From IMG/VR virus record IMGVR_UViG_3300032093_000089, positions 6,297-70,296 of that record: a DNA stretch of 64,000 nucleotides; one strand, 5' to 3'. The notes beneath the pieces are model-generated. The model was given only the letters and a program-made list of their open reading frames with translations, was not told the origin of the DNA and searched no databases. Shown piece by piece: positions 34,742 through 43,788 of this stretch (within the stretch, counting starts at the first letter, position 1; every line of letters begins with the position of its first letter). Position numbers and translations under genes: made by a program. This DNA is from a virus.

Positions 34742-35395
34742 CTAACCGGCAAATAACGATTCAATGGCATCTGTTTCTGAAAATACCCAGGGATCTTCAT
34801 CGATTGCGAAGGAGTTGGCAAACTCCGCCAAAACGTATGGATTGATGTTCTCTTCCAACTGTCGTATGGCACGTACTTGGTTGGGAGCAGCGGTGTAATT
34901 ACGAAAAGCTCTCATTAAAACTTCAGTTGAAAGCCAGGGGTTTTCGTTGATCTCGTGCAGAAAAAGTTCAACTTCCTCGCGACGCCTATCAATAAGGCCA
35001 CCAATGACCCTATGGCTTTCATCAAAGATCCAATGCGTCATTTCTTCTGCTACAGCAGCCCAGTCTTCCTGTTGGATGCAATCAACAATGGGGCTGTAAA
35101 GAAACGGTTTCCAGCCTACCGAGTGAACAAAAGAAATCAAGCCCTGTTCCGTTAATCCATGCAGATGAATATCCAGATCTGCTAGAAGACCACGGATAGC
35201 TTTGACTTCACAGAACAGGTATTCCAGTGCTTTTTCCTTGGTGCACCATTGCCCTTTCTTAACGGGAGAACCGTCCGGATAATATTGGGTACCATACCCA
35301 ATCGCGTAAGTACCCGCCTCATCTGCAGAAAACGCCTTCTCATTGAATCCTTCGTATTTACGAATTAAAGCAACAGCTTCTCGCAGATCAGACAT
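34742..35395 (-). CDS. GH24 phage lysozyme
   Basis: LIRKYEG..D..G..AIGYG, LISFVHSVG, GLIDRRREE. Confidence 0.82.
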   Translation of the reverse strand: MSDLREAVALIRKYEGFNEKAFSADEAGTYAIGYGTQYYPDGSPVKKGQWCTKEKALEYLFCEVKAIRGLLADLDIHLHGLTEQGLISFVHSVGWKPFLYSPIVDCIQQEDWAAVAEEMTHWIFDESHRVIGGLIDRRREEVELFLHEINENPWLSTEVLMRAFRNYTAAPNQVRAIRQLEENINPYVLAEFANSFAIDEDPWVFSETDAIESLFAG

Positions 35396-35442
35396 GGGAG
35401 TACAACAAGTACTCCCATATTACACATATAAAAATACAGTTG

Positions 35443-35568
35443 TTATCGACCTTGGCCACGCATTTTTTTACGGCCATGGCTAGGCAAGCTATTTTGCCCT
35501 TGTCCTTGACGCGTTTTCTTAGGCTTGGACTCAAGTTTGACGCTTGTTACTGCTTTGGGTTTAGCCAT
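35443..35568 (-). CDS. 41-aa basic peptide (not in ORF track)
   Basis: MAKPKAVTSVKLESKPKKTRQGQGQNSLPSHGRKKMRGQGR*. Confidence 0.65.
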   Translation of the reverse strand: MAKPKAVTSVKLESKPKKTRQGQGQNSLPSHGRKKMRGQGR

Positions 35569-35603
35569 GACGGGATTGAATTGGCGTTACCACTTTACCT
35601 CAT

Positions 35604-35903
35604 CTACCATTTCACGCGGTGACTCCAGTACCTAGCAGACATGATTCCTGGATTTGAATCCTGGGCATTATGCCTTGCGTAATATGACTTTTTCCTGGCT
35701 TTATCTTTTTCTGTGGTTGGGTTCTTACCCGCACCTTCTACACCTTGCTGACCAAAACGGATAATCTTTTCCTCACCGCCTTTACATGCTTTTACTACAT
35801 GCGATTTAGTTGCATGGCCAGGGGTACGACGTGGTTTGTTGCACGCCATTTTGTCTTTAGCAATCTTGGCTGCTGTTGCAGCTTTTTTTCTTTTATCTGA
35901 CAT
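35604..35903 (-). CDS. basic hypothetical phage protein
   Basis: KSHVVKAC..KIIRFGQQG..RKKSYYARH..SARYWS. Confidence 0.7.
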   Translation of the reverse strand: MSDKRKKAATAAKIAKDKMACNKPRRTPGHATKSHVVKACKGGEEKIIRFGQQGVEGAGKNPTTEKDKARKKSYYARHNAQDSNPGIMSARYWSHRVKW

Positions 35904-38900
35904 TAGAGGCCCTTAAACATCGAAGCGAATTCACCGAGAAATGCTTGGCCAGTAGCGGAGTTAGGCGCTTCTTCCTCGTCATCATCTTTACCAATTCTAA
36001 AATAGTTTGTATAAAAATCTTTTGCTGTTTCTTTAGAAGTTTTTTCATCAACTTTTTTTTCCTCTTCCGGAAAGAAACCTTCAATCGTTCCAAGGGAGGC
36101 AAATGGATCTGATAGATCTAAACCATAAGTTTTCAACGCCTCATTTTTACCTGATTTAGTAAGCAATACCTGCTCGTTTCGATCTAGGTCAGGGAACATG
36201 TTGGTATAAAATTCATCCTCTGTTCCTTGGTATCCGGATTTTTGAAAAATAGAATATAACTCTGTTGTTGGTTTTGCTAAGTCATCTTTGTAATCTTCTG
36301 GACGATCAATGTACGTTACGCCAAGAATTTCTTGAGTTGGTTTTTCACGTTTTTCATTTAAGTACTTAAGCTGTTCTCTAATATCTTGAGCAGAACCGCT
36401 GCGTAAAGTTTCGATAATAAACTGTTTAACGTCATCAAGAGTACCGTCAACCTCAGAGATACCGTAACGATCTAGTACTTCTTTCCATGCTTCGGGTGTT
36501 TTTTCAGGATCCAAACCCTGAAGTATCTCATCAGCAAATTCTTCTGGTGTAATAAATCGACCAAAAACGGTATCTAATTTGAAAGCTTCTTCTTTCATGA
36601 CCGGAACAACGGTCTCATAAAGATAGTTTTTAATTTTACTAGCATTTGTAATGTCATCAGCTGCATCGTATCCTTGACCTTGTCCTTTAACTTCAAAGTG
36701 CATACGTGCAAATGCTGCTTTGTTGTTAACGTCAATGCCAAAACGATAAATCTGGGAATTCCAATAAGGATCACCTGCTTTTGCTTTGGCCCAATCTTCT
36801 TCTACAGTTTGTTTTTGTTTGGCGTAATCCGTGGTGCGTGATTCGTCACCTGTTGGATTAAAGTAGAAATTTGGATCAAAAGAGCGAGACTCTTGTTGTT
36901 TGATTTCGTCAAGATATTTTTTACTATACAAGTTACCTAACGTTTTGACAGCGTCATAAGTATCTTGTGTTTGGAATGGGTTTTTTTCTTCCTGACGAAC
37001 ATCGAGATACTCAACAAATTCATCCATTGAACGTGCTGTATTAAATCGTGGCATTAAGTATTCATCAATATAGTTTCTGGCAAATTGTGCTTCAATATTC
37101 ATCATTTCAGTTTTATCGCCAACTTGATAAGAAGTTGCAATGCCACGCTCTTTGGCGTCATCTAGGGTTCTGATGTCAGCTTCTAGGCGTGATTGAATTG
37201 GAACCAGTATGGATTTTGCGTCTTCACCTGGGTCGCCTTTGATTGCGTCAAGTATTGTTTTCCCTTCTTCTCCCTGTGCTTCTAAAAAAGTAACAAGCTT
37301 TTCAGTGGTATCAAATCCAGCTGATTTTAAAAACCCATCGTTAAATTTCCCTGTTGTTGCATCAAAAGGCTTTTTATCAGTAGAAGTAAAAGCGGAAATA
37401 ATATCTTTTTTTTCTTCCAGGGGTTCAAATATTGAATAATCAATGCTGTATTTTTCTTTAATTGCTTTGTCAAACCACTGTTGCCAGTTGTAACCAACAT
37501 TACTGCGCATACCAGTGACATTCTGAAGGGCGCCCAAAAGATCTTCTTCTGCTTTATCAGCAGACGTATAGGAAAGGATGCCACCAACACCAGTGTCTCC
37601 CAGAAGGCTGTTGGCAAGTTGTTTATTAATATCCAGAACTTCTGAAAAACCTGAGAAGCCACGGTAAAAACTCATTACCTCTTGCTCAGCTCGAACCTTT
37701 TTCATCTGTTGAATTGTATCTTTAAGTATGGTTTGATTAAGAGCTGCAAACTTTTTCGTATCAACCTGCGCTTTGGCGCCAATTAATTCATTAATGGCTT
37801 CCTCAAGTTGAGTGATGCCAGTGCCAGTATTAACGTTGTATGTCAGTGATATTTGTTTATCTTCAGGACGCTCTGACAGACGAAAAAGAGCTGCAAATTC
37901 ATCTGCTTTTGTTGGGTCTAAATATTTTTCTTTTGCAAGTTGAGTCCAATAAGAATCGCCCTGGCGGGCTTTAGTCCATTCATTGGAAACTTCTGGGATA
38001 TTTAATAAACGCTCAGTAATTGTGTCGGAATCAATCCCGAGTTGAAGATCTCGAATGTCTTGAATTTCTTTATCAGTTAAAACATTTTCTGTATATATGT
38101 TTGCCGCAATGATATCTTCTTCCTTGTTACCGCGCAGATTTTGCGCTTTGCCTGTGGTTGTATAGTGCTGCCAATAGTAATTATTTTCACCATAACGTTC
38201 AGTAATATCGATATCATCAGCAGCAACAGCTTTATTCCAGGCTGCGTTGACCGTTGGGTTTTGATTTTTGTAATAAGCGGGATCAAACGTACCGTGAGGA
38301 GGTGTCGCTCCAAGAGAGCTGTCCCATGGAATGAGTTTTTCTGTTTGATAAAAAAGTTTATAGTTATCTTTTGCATTGTCAATTACGGTTTGTGCATCTT
38401 TTGCACTCAAACCCGCCTTTATTAAATCTCCCGTAAAAAGTTGATCCCTATTGCTGACATAATCCCCGCCTTTGGTGGTAGAAGCAAGAGAAACGGTTTT
38501 GGAATAAACGTTATTTATTGCAGTATTTTGAGTGTTCTGCTTTAAATTATCAGCATTTAACTTAATATTGTTTGCGTTTAATTTTCTAGCTTCTTCGTTT
38601 AAGCGGTAATTTTCTTCATTTAATGCTTTATTCGCTGTGTTTGTAGTAGTATTTTGTGCGTTTAATGCTGTATTTGTTTGTCGTGTTTTTTCTATTTCTA
38701 TATTTTTTTCTGCGTTATCTAAATTCTTTTGATAGTTAGTTTCGTTTAACTCTCTGTTTATTTTATTTGTCTTAGTGTTATTTTTATTCGTATCTTCATT
38801 GATATCATTTTGAATTTGTATTCTATCCCAAGCAATTTTATCAGTTGTATAAGTCCCGCCCGGCTGTCCAAAAACTCCAGTCGGATAGTCTGCAGGGTTT

Positions 38901-39121
38901 GGTGCAGGAGTATTGTCTATTGGGTAGTCTGTACGCAGTATGGGATAATCAATTTTGTAATTAGTAAATAAAAGATTGGGGACAGGATAATTTGTTTTTA
39001 AATTTGTAGGATGTTTTGTAAACCTGGAAGTGTCGTTATCAGTTTTAAAAGTTGTTGGGTAATCTGCTTTTTCATTAGTAACAACCCATGAACGTTGTGC
39101 CGCATCGTAACGAATGGCCAT
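35903..39121 (-). CDS. large putative virion protein
   Basis: 1072 aa in structural block; Asn-rich coiled coil; repeated FDPxYY motifs. Confidence 0.6.
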   Translation of the reverse strand: MAIRYDAAQRSWVVTNEKADYPTTFKTDNDTSRFTKHPTNLKTNYPVPNLLFTNYKIDYPILRTDYPIDNTPAPNPADYPTGVFGQPGGTYTTDKIAWDRIQIQNDINEDTNKNNTKTNKINRELNETNYQKNLDNAEKNIEIEKTRQTNTALNAQNTTTNTANKALNEENYRLNEEARKLNANNIKLNADNLKQNTQNTAINNVYSKTVSLASTTKGGDYVSNRDQLFTGDLIKAGLSAKDAQTVIDNAKDNYKLFYQTEKLIPWDSSLGATPPHGTFDPAYYKNQNPTVNAAWNKAVAADDIDITERYGENNYYWQHYTTTGKAQNLRGNKEEDIIAANIYTENVLTDKEIQDIRDLQLGIDSDTITERLLNIPEVSNEWTKARQGDSYWTQLAKEKYLDPTKADEFAALFRLSERPEDKQISLTYNVNTGTGITQLEEAINELIGAKAQVDTKKFAALNQTILKDTIQQMKKVRAEQEVMSFYRGFSGFSEVLDINKQLANSLLGDTGVGGILSYTSADKAEEDLLGALQNVTGMRSNVGYNWQQWFDKAIKEKYSIDYSIFEPLEEKKDIISAFTSTDKKPFDATTGKFNDGFLKSAGFDTTEKLVTFLEAQGEEGKTILDAIKGDPGEDAKSILVPIQSRLEADIRTLDDAKERGIATSYQVGDKTEMMNIEAQFARNYIDEYLMPRFNTARSMDEFVEYLDVRQEEKNPFQTQDTYDAVKTLGNLYSKKYLDEIKQQESRSFDPNFYFNPTGDESRTTDYAKQKQTVEEDWAKAKAGDPYWNSQIYRFGIDVNNKAAFARMHFEVKGQGQGYDAADDITNASKIKNYLYETVVPVMKEEAFKLDTVFGRFITPEEFADEILQGLDPEKTPEAWKEVLDRYGISEVDGTLDDVKQFIIETLRSGSAQDIREQLKYLNEKREKPTQEILGVTYIDRPEDYKDDLAKPTTELYSIFQKSGYQGTEDEFYTNMFPDLDRNEQVLLTKSGKNEALKTYGLDLSDPFASLGTIEGFFPEEEKKVDEKTSKETAKDFYTNYFRIGKDDDEEEAPNSATGQAFLGEFASMFKGL

Positions 39122-39154
39122 TATTACAAACCTTTTTTAATATCTTACCAACAA

Positions 39155-39523
39155 TTAAACCGCAATATTTGGCTGCAAATTAAAATAACTTTCTTGAAAA
39201 AGGTCAACCAACTCTTGGGAAGTCCAGGCTTTAATCCTATCCAGTTGGATTTGTTCAAAAAATTCTTGTTGTAGATACCACTCTTCCATCTTTGTACTTG
39301 CTTTATTTGTGTTACACCTTCTGCACGCAGGGACCAGATTATTTCTGTTGTTAGATCCAGACTTAAACCTTGGAATTACGTGATCCAAACTTGTTGCTTC
39401 TGCCTTGCAATAAGCGCATTGGTTATCCCAAGCTTCGTAAATGGATTGTCGATAGCGTCTCTTGGCTAGTTTGGGAGTTAATTCAATGAGCAGGGCGAGG
39501 GGTTCCTGTTCACTATTGAACAT
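39155..39523 (-). CDS. HNH endonuclease
   Basis: CAYC..LDHVIPRFKSGSNNRNNLVPACRRCNTNK. Confidence 0.88.
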   Translation of the reverse strand: MFNSEQEPLALLIELTPKLAKRRYRQSIYEAWDNQCAYCKAEATSLDHVIPRFKSGSNNRNNLVPACRRCNTNKASTKMEEWYLQQEFFEQIQLDRIKAWTSQELVDLFQESYFNLQPNIAV

Positions 39524-39660
39524 GCTCTTTAGTAGCTGTTAAACCATTTTAATTTCCCCTTACATGTATCAACACGTAACAAAAATCTAAAACAAAGCTT
39601 AAGGAGCTTGTGGGTTGTGGCTGGAGCGTTATCCTATCAGTGTACACGTTTTTGTGCGTC

Positions 39661-39879
39661 ATGATCAAAGCAAATGGGTGGGTCACCATCCAAAAGGCCG
39701 AAGAGCTTCTTGGGCTTGATCGAAAGACACTTTTCAAATACCGCGACAACGGTACGTTAAAACTAGGGCCGCATTACGCCGCTTTCCCTGAAACACGCTC
39801 TCGCGATACCTATCGTTGGAATGTTTCAGCTGTCAGGCAACAGCTGAAAAAACACGAGAAAGCTGCTTCTCTGGTTTGA
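39661..39879 (+). CDS. excisionase-like HTH protein
   Basis: WVTIQKAEELLGLDRKTLFKYRDNGTLKLGPHY..YRWNV. Confidence 0.65.
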   Translation: MIKANGWVTIQKAEELLGLDRKTLFKYRDNGTLKLGPHYAAFPETRSRDTYRWNVSAVRQQLKKHEKAASLV

Positions 39880-40255
39880 AGGGACGAGTATGATCTTTAC
39901 GGATGCGATGCGCGAGCAAAAGATCAGTTATGTTTAACTGAGTTTCTTGATAAGCCATGGCTCTGTATAAGGAAAAAGACAGGAAATCCCAACGGCTCTG
40001 TAGTTTGCAGGGCTGTTTTTTTTTGAGTTCAAAAAGTAAAACCCACTGTGGATGCAGTGGGTGGATCATACGTTTTTTACCGGGAACACAAATAGAATCG
40101 TCATCACTCCAATGGAAATCAATTAACTGATCTGGTTTGATTCCAAAGGTGGCAACCATGGCATAGAGCCACGCTACATCTTTTGTTTTTTTATGAGAAG
40201 CCAGCTGAAAGTACTCATCTACAATCCGCTGATCAACAGGCGGTGCTTGAGACAT
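39833..40255 (-). CDS. truncated, catalytically degenerate tyrosine-recombinase-like protein
   Basis: WLYAMVATFGIKPDQL, HPLHPQWV, TDLLLAHRIR echo cyanobacterial integrase boxes; start likely MSQAPP. Confidence 0.5.
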   Translation of the reverse strand: MSQAPPVDQRIVDEYFQLASHKKTKDVAWLYAMVATFGIKPDQLIDFHWSDDDSICVPGKKRMIHPLHPQWVLLFELKKKQPCKLQSRWDFLSFSLYRAMAYQETQLNITDLLLAHRIRKDHTRPFKPEKQLSRVFSAVA

Positions 40256-40363
40256 GGCTGAGATGAGTTGGATGACCAAATCCTAAGAAGGCGTGGTTTC
40301 CACTCGCAAGTAATAAAAAATTTCTTAATCAGTCCTGCTGGACTAATACAAGTTTACATTATA

Positions 40364-40588
40364 TTACTCTGGTCCAACACCACTTGAGAAGGCTCCCCAG
40401 GCCAACCCAACTGCTTCCATGGTAGATAGCTCGCCTGATGTATAGGGAAGGTGTACAACATCTCCTGGGGTGTACACAATGGGGCTCCCGCTAAAGAATA
40501 CGGGACTAAAACCAAACTGGCTACGGCTTAACTGTTCTTCTGATGTTACGTACCGTGTCTCAACCACGTCACCAAATTCAACGCTCAT
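40364..40588 (-). CDS. hypothetical protein
   Basis: ATGA-coupled. Confidence 0.6.
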   Translation of the reverse strand: MSVEFGDVVETRYVTSEEQLSRSQFGFSPVFFSGSPIVYTPGDVVHLPYTSGELSTMEAVGLAWGAFSSGVGPE

Positions 40589-42042
40589 GTGAAAGAACCA
40601 TCCTTATTTTGAAGGGAAAAGTTTTCCAACCTAATAAAGCTAGTTGGAATGTTTAAAAGTTTTTGAAGCATTGGCAACATTTGTGGCGATTGTAGATTCT
40701 TGGGTGGCATATCCATGTACGACAAGCCTTTAATAGAATTCATGTAGTTGATATTGTTTTTTACATTTGCCAGCTCCCTTGTTAAACGTTGTTCCCAGGC
40801 CACGATTCCCTCGTCCATTTCTACAGGTAAGTCAGATGGTTCAGGTAAAAGAATCCCTTCCTGGAAACGGAGGGCGTAAATGTGTTTGCAGTAACGCATC
40901 TCTTCTAACAATGGACTCCAGTAGTCACTAAAGGAGATGATCTGATTGTCCTTAGCTTTGTAGTCGACAAACGTGGAGGGGCCTTCTGATGCGCCAGGAG
41001 AACTTGTGTTCCTCAAGTAGCGGCCACCAAACTCGCGGAATAAACCTGGGTTATCTATAGACTCAAAGGTTAGCTCAAGATTTCTATTGTTAGTAAGCTC
41101 TGTGTCAACGTTGTTGTTTACGTTGCCAAAAGAGTCGGTTAAGATTTCATGCCGACCAAATTTCAAACCCGCAGGCCTGGTATATGGGAATCTTTTTGTT
41201 GTTTGATTTTCATTGCGTTTACTAAAATCAGCGTAACTACGACGACTAAAATCTTGGCAAGTGCAGGAGTATCTACTGCCAAGAATCAAGAAACGATTAA
41301 AAGCAGGCGGCCTAGTAGCAGGGGTAACAAAAACTCCATCAATGGTTGCCTCAAAGGATCCATTTTTCTGTAGCTTCAGGATTCCATTGTCCTGATCGAT
41401 GTCTATCAAAAGGGACTGCACGTACCCATATTTGGTATCAGTAGCAGGATTGAGTGATGCCGCAGTAATAGGAATACCTTCTGCTGTTAAAACGCGATCT
41501 TCCACAACCTCGCCAATAAGAGGTTTAAGGTTGGGACCACCACCAACCCCTGGTATATATAAAGGAGGGGGAAGTGGGTTGGCCGAAGACCAACTCCCCG
41601 CAAGTTTTACATACCAGTAGTCGGCGTCTTCTGTATAAGAGTCGACGCTGGCCCTTGTTCCCGTGCTATCAAATACATTATCAAAACGAAGAAGAGCACT
41701 TACACGGCACCCTGTCCAATGAATGCCAAATTCACGGTTTGATGTAGGGAATCCTTGTAGAACACCAATAATTACTGGGTCATTACCAGGGGGCAACGAA
41801 GTTCCTGCTGGTACAGGTAGTGTGTAACGAAAAGGAAAGTTATATGATTTTTGAATACCTACTGCGACAGCAATCTCATAACCACGTCTCCATCGTGCCC
41901 AGGCAGACTCGCGGTCCATGGCAACGATAGAATTTGGTACCGAACTCCTGGAGAATTCAGTGGTAATTGGTTTTATGGCACCCAGCTTGTAATCTGTGCG
42001 GTTGTTAAAGGTACCAAATTGACCTCCAACTTTCTGCGCCAT
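40585..42042 (-). CDS. hypothetical protein with split SWIM-like Zn motif
   Basis: YSCTCQDF ... YCKHIYAL about 120 aa apart. Confidence 0.6.
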   Translation of the reverse strand: MAQKVGGQFGTFNNRTDYKLGAIKPITTEFSRSSVPNSIVAMDRESAWARWRRGYEIAVAVGIQKSYNFPFRYTLPVPAGTSLPPGNDPVIIGVLQGFPTSNREFGIHWTGCRVSALLRFDNVFDSTGTRASVDSYTEDADYWYVKLAGSWSSANPLPPPLYIPGVGGGPNLKPLIGEVVEDRVLTAEGIPITAASLNPATDTKYGYVQSLLIDIDQDNGILKLQKNGSFEATIDGVFVTPATRPPAFNRFLILGSRYSCTCQDFSRRSYADFSKRNENQTTKRFPYTRPAGLKFGRHEILTDSFGNVNNNVDTELTNNRNLELTFESIDNPGLFREFGGRYLRNTSSPGASEGPSTFVDYKAKDNQIISFSDYWSPLLEEMRYCKHIYALRFQEGILLPEPSDLPVEMDEGIVAWEQRLTRELANVKNNINYMNSIKGLSYMDMPPKNLQSPQMLPMLQKLLNIPTSFIRLENFSLQNKDGSFT

Positions 42043-42044
42043 TT

Positions 42045-42824
42045 TTAATAGAAACCGCCTTGTGCGTAAACGTGTGCGCCTGGGGTATAACCAGAAACGT
42101 TGGGACCGTCCGCAAATACACCAACATAAATACGGTCGCCACGCTCTAAGTAAATACCACGGTTACGAAGAGGCACACCGTTAGCCAGATCAGTAGTATT
42201 ACCTGCGGCCACAGTTGGAGCAGTTAGTTGTGGCATTACATCTGAACAATCAACACGTTGAGTGTTGGCTGGCACTTGTTTAGCGAATAAAAGTCTGTAA
42301 TCTCCAGACGCAGGGATGGGGGTTGTGGTACCACGGGTGTGATAGAACACGAAAGTAACTTCTGGCTGATTGCCATAGCTGACACCGTTGTAGTTAAAAC
42401 CGCTTGAAGTGCCACCTGAATATACCAAGTTAGTATTAATTCCTGTCAGGGTAGTTGCACCGGTATATGTGTAATAACCAAAACCACTGGCAGAAGGATT
42501 GGCGAGAACACCGGTTTGAGATACAAATACTATTTGACCACTGGTCAAAGAAATCACAGTGCCAGAAGTGCCGCTTGAGACGACGTAATCAGCATCACGA
42601 TAATAATCGTTGCGGACAATACTGATCGAATCAATCACGCCACCATTATTATTATCTTCCTCCAGGGGCGCATCCATGTCCACCAAGATGGAAGGGGCCT
42701 GACCACCCTGCACAAAAATTGTATTGCCGGCCTGATTACCCACGGTTTGAGTTGTGACACGCACAGAATCAAACAGTGGGCGGTCAATCAGGAGGGGCTG
42801 CTTATTCGTAGAAGTGCTGGCCAC
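42045..42824 (-). CDS. putative virion structural protein
   Basis: S/T/G-rich beta protein in structural block. Confidence 0.55.
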   Translation of the reverse strand: MASTSTNKQPLLIDRPLFDSVRVTTQTVGNQAGNTIFVQGGQAPSILVDMDAPLEEDNNNGGVIDSISIVRNDYYRDADYVVSSGTSGTVISLTSGQIVFVSQTGVLANPSASGFGYYTYTGATTLTGINTNLVYSGGTSSGFNYNGVSYGNQPEVTFVFYHTRGTTTPIPASGDYRLLFAKQVPANTQRVDCSDVMPQLTAPTVAAGNTTDLANGVPLRNRGIYLERGDRIYVGVFADGPNVSGYTPGAHVYAQGGFY

Positions 42825-42860
42825 GTCTTTGCTTTACTTTTTTCTCATTATAAAGGACTG

Positions 42861-43103
42861 TTATGCCCTTGGTGTTAAACCAAACTCAGTCATGAAAGAC
42901 ATGTAGTCAGTAAACCCTTTTGGATATTTGACAGCTTCATTGAATAAACTTTCAGGATTCCTCTGAAGATTGAGGAATCGCTGAAAGGATTCACTGTCCA
43001 TCGTTGTTTCAGTATTAGGAGCAAACCGAAAACGATTAGATCCATACACTGAACGATAGTATTCGCCAGGGCTGTACTTATCCGCATAATCAGCGTATGA
43101 CAT
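42861..43103 (-). CDS. hypothetical protein
   Basis: TGATG-coupled. Confidence 0.55.
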   Translation of the reverse strand: MSYADYADKYSPGEYYRSVYGSNRFRFAPNTETTMDSESFQRFLNLQRNPESLFNEAVKYPKGFTDYMSFMTEFGLTPRA

Positions 43104-43786
43104 CAGTAAAGGCCTCCAAGTGGACCTAAGCCCATCGTGCCGAACACATCTGGGACACTAGGGAATGCCCGTTGCATCAAGCCTTCCATCAGACCCGCCT
43201 TAACCGTATCCAACAGTGAGGTTGCCTTCCGCTTCCGAAGAGCGGTTGTCAACGCCTCTGTTGAAATTTGCGGTTCGATTGCAGGTGCAGGTGCAGGCCT
43301 AGATACCGGAGCAGCCGCAACCGGCGTTCCAACAGGAGGTATATCCCCAAGCACACGACGTGCGTTGTTATAAAGATCACCTCCTTTGCGGAAACGTGGC
43401 AAAGCACCCGAAACAGAAGTTCCAAAAGAATCCTTTTGATTTAAAGAAACATTTGGATTTCCACCAAGGACAGTGGCATAAGCACGACCAATACCCATGC
43501 CAGGCCGGTAGCCACGGTCTTCAAAATAACGGAGAACAGCAGGCATCTGACCAGCTCTGGTCTGTGGACCTGAGATGCCATACATCTGTTGCTCATTCTG
43601 TCCAAATTGAATTAGGCCTTTGTGGCGTCCACCAGCACCCCCAACAATATTGGGGTCCATATTGGCGCCAGACTCCAAAGATAGGAAGGCACCAAACTCA
43701 TAGGGGTCCAGGCCAAGTTTCCTAGCGCCTTGGATAATTGCCATGCGTTCTTCTTGTGGAAGAATACCAACGCGTGCGGGAGCCAT
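43103..43786 (-). CDS. lytic-transglycosylase-like virion protein
   Basis: LSLESG..DP...GLIQF (SLT-like ES/GLMQ motifs); start likely MAPARV. Confidence 0.6.
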   Translation of the reverse strand: MAPARVGILPQEERMAIIQGARKLGLDPYEFGAFLSLESGANMDPNIVGGAGGRHKGLIQFGQNEQQMYGISGPQTRAGQMPAVLRYFEDRGYRPGMGIGRAYATVLGGNPNVSLNQKDSFGTSVSGALPRFRKGGDLYNNARRVLGDIPPVGTPVAAAPVSRPAPAPAIEPQISTEALTTALRKRKATSLLDTVKAGLMEGLMQRAFPSVPDVFGTMGLGPLGGLY

Positions 43787-43788
43787 CT

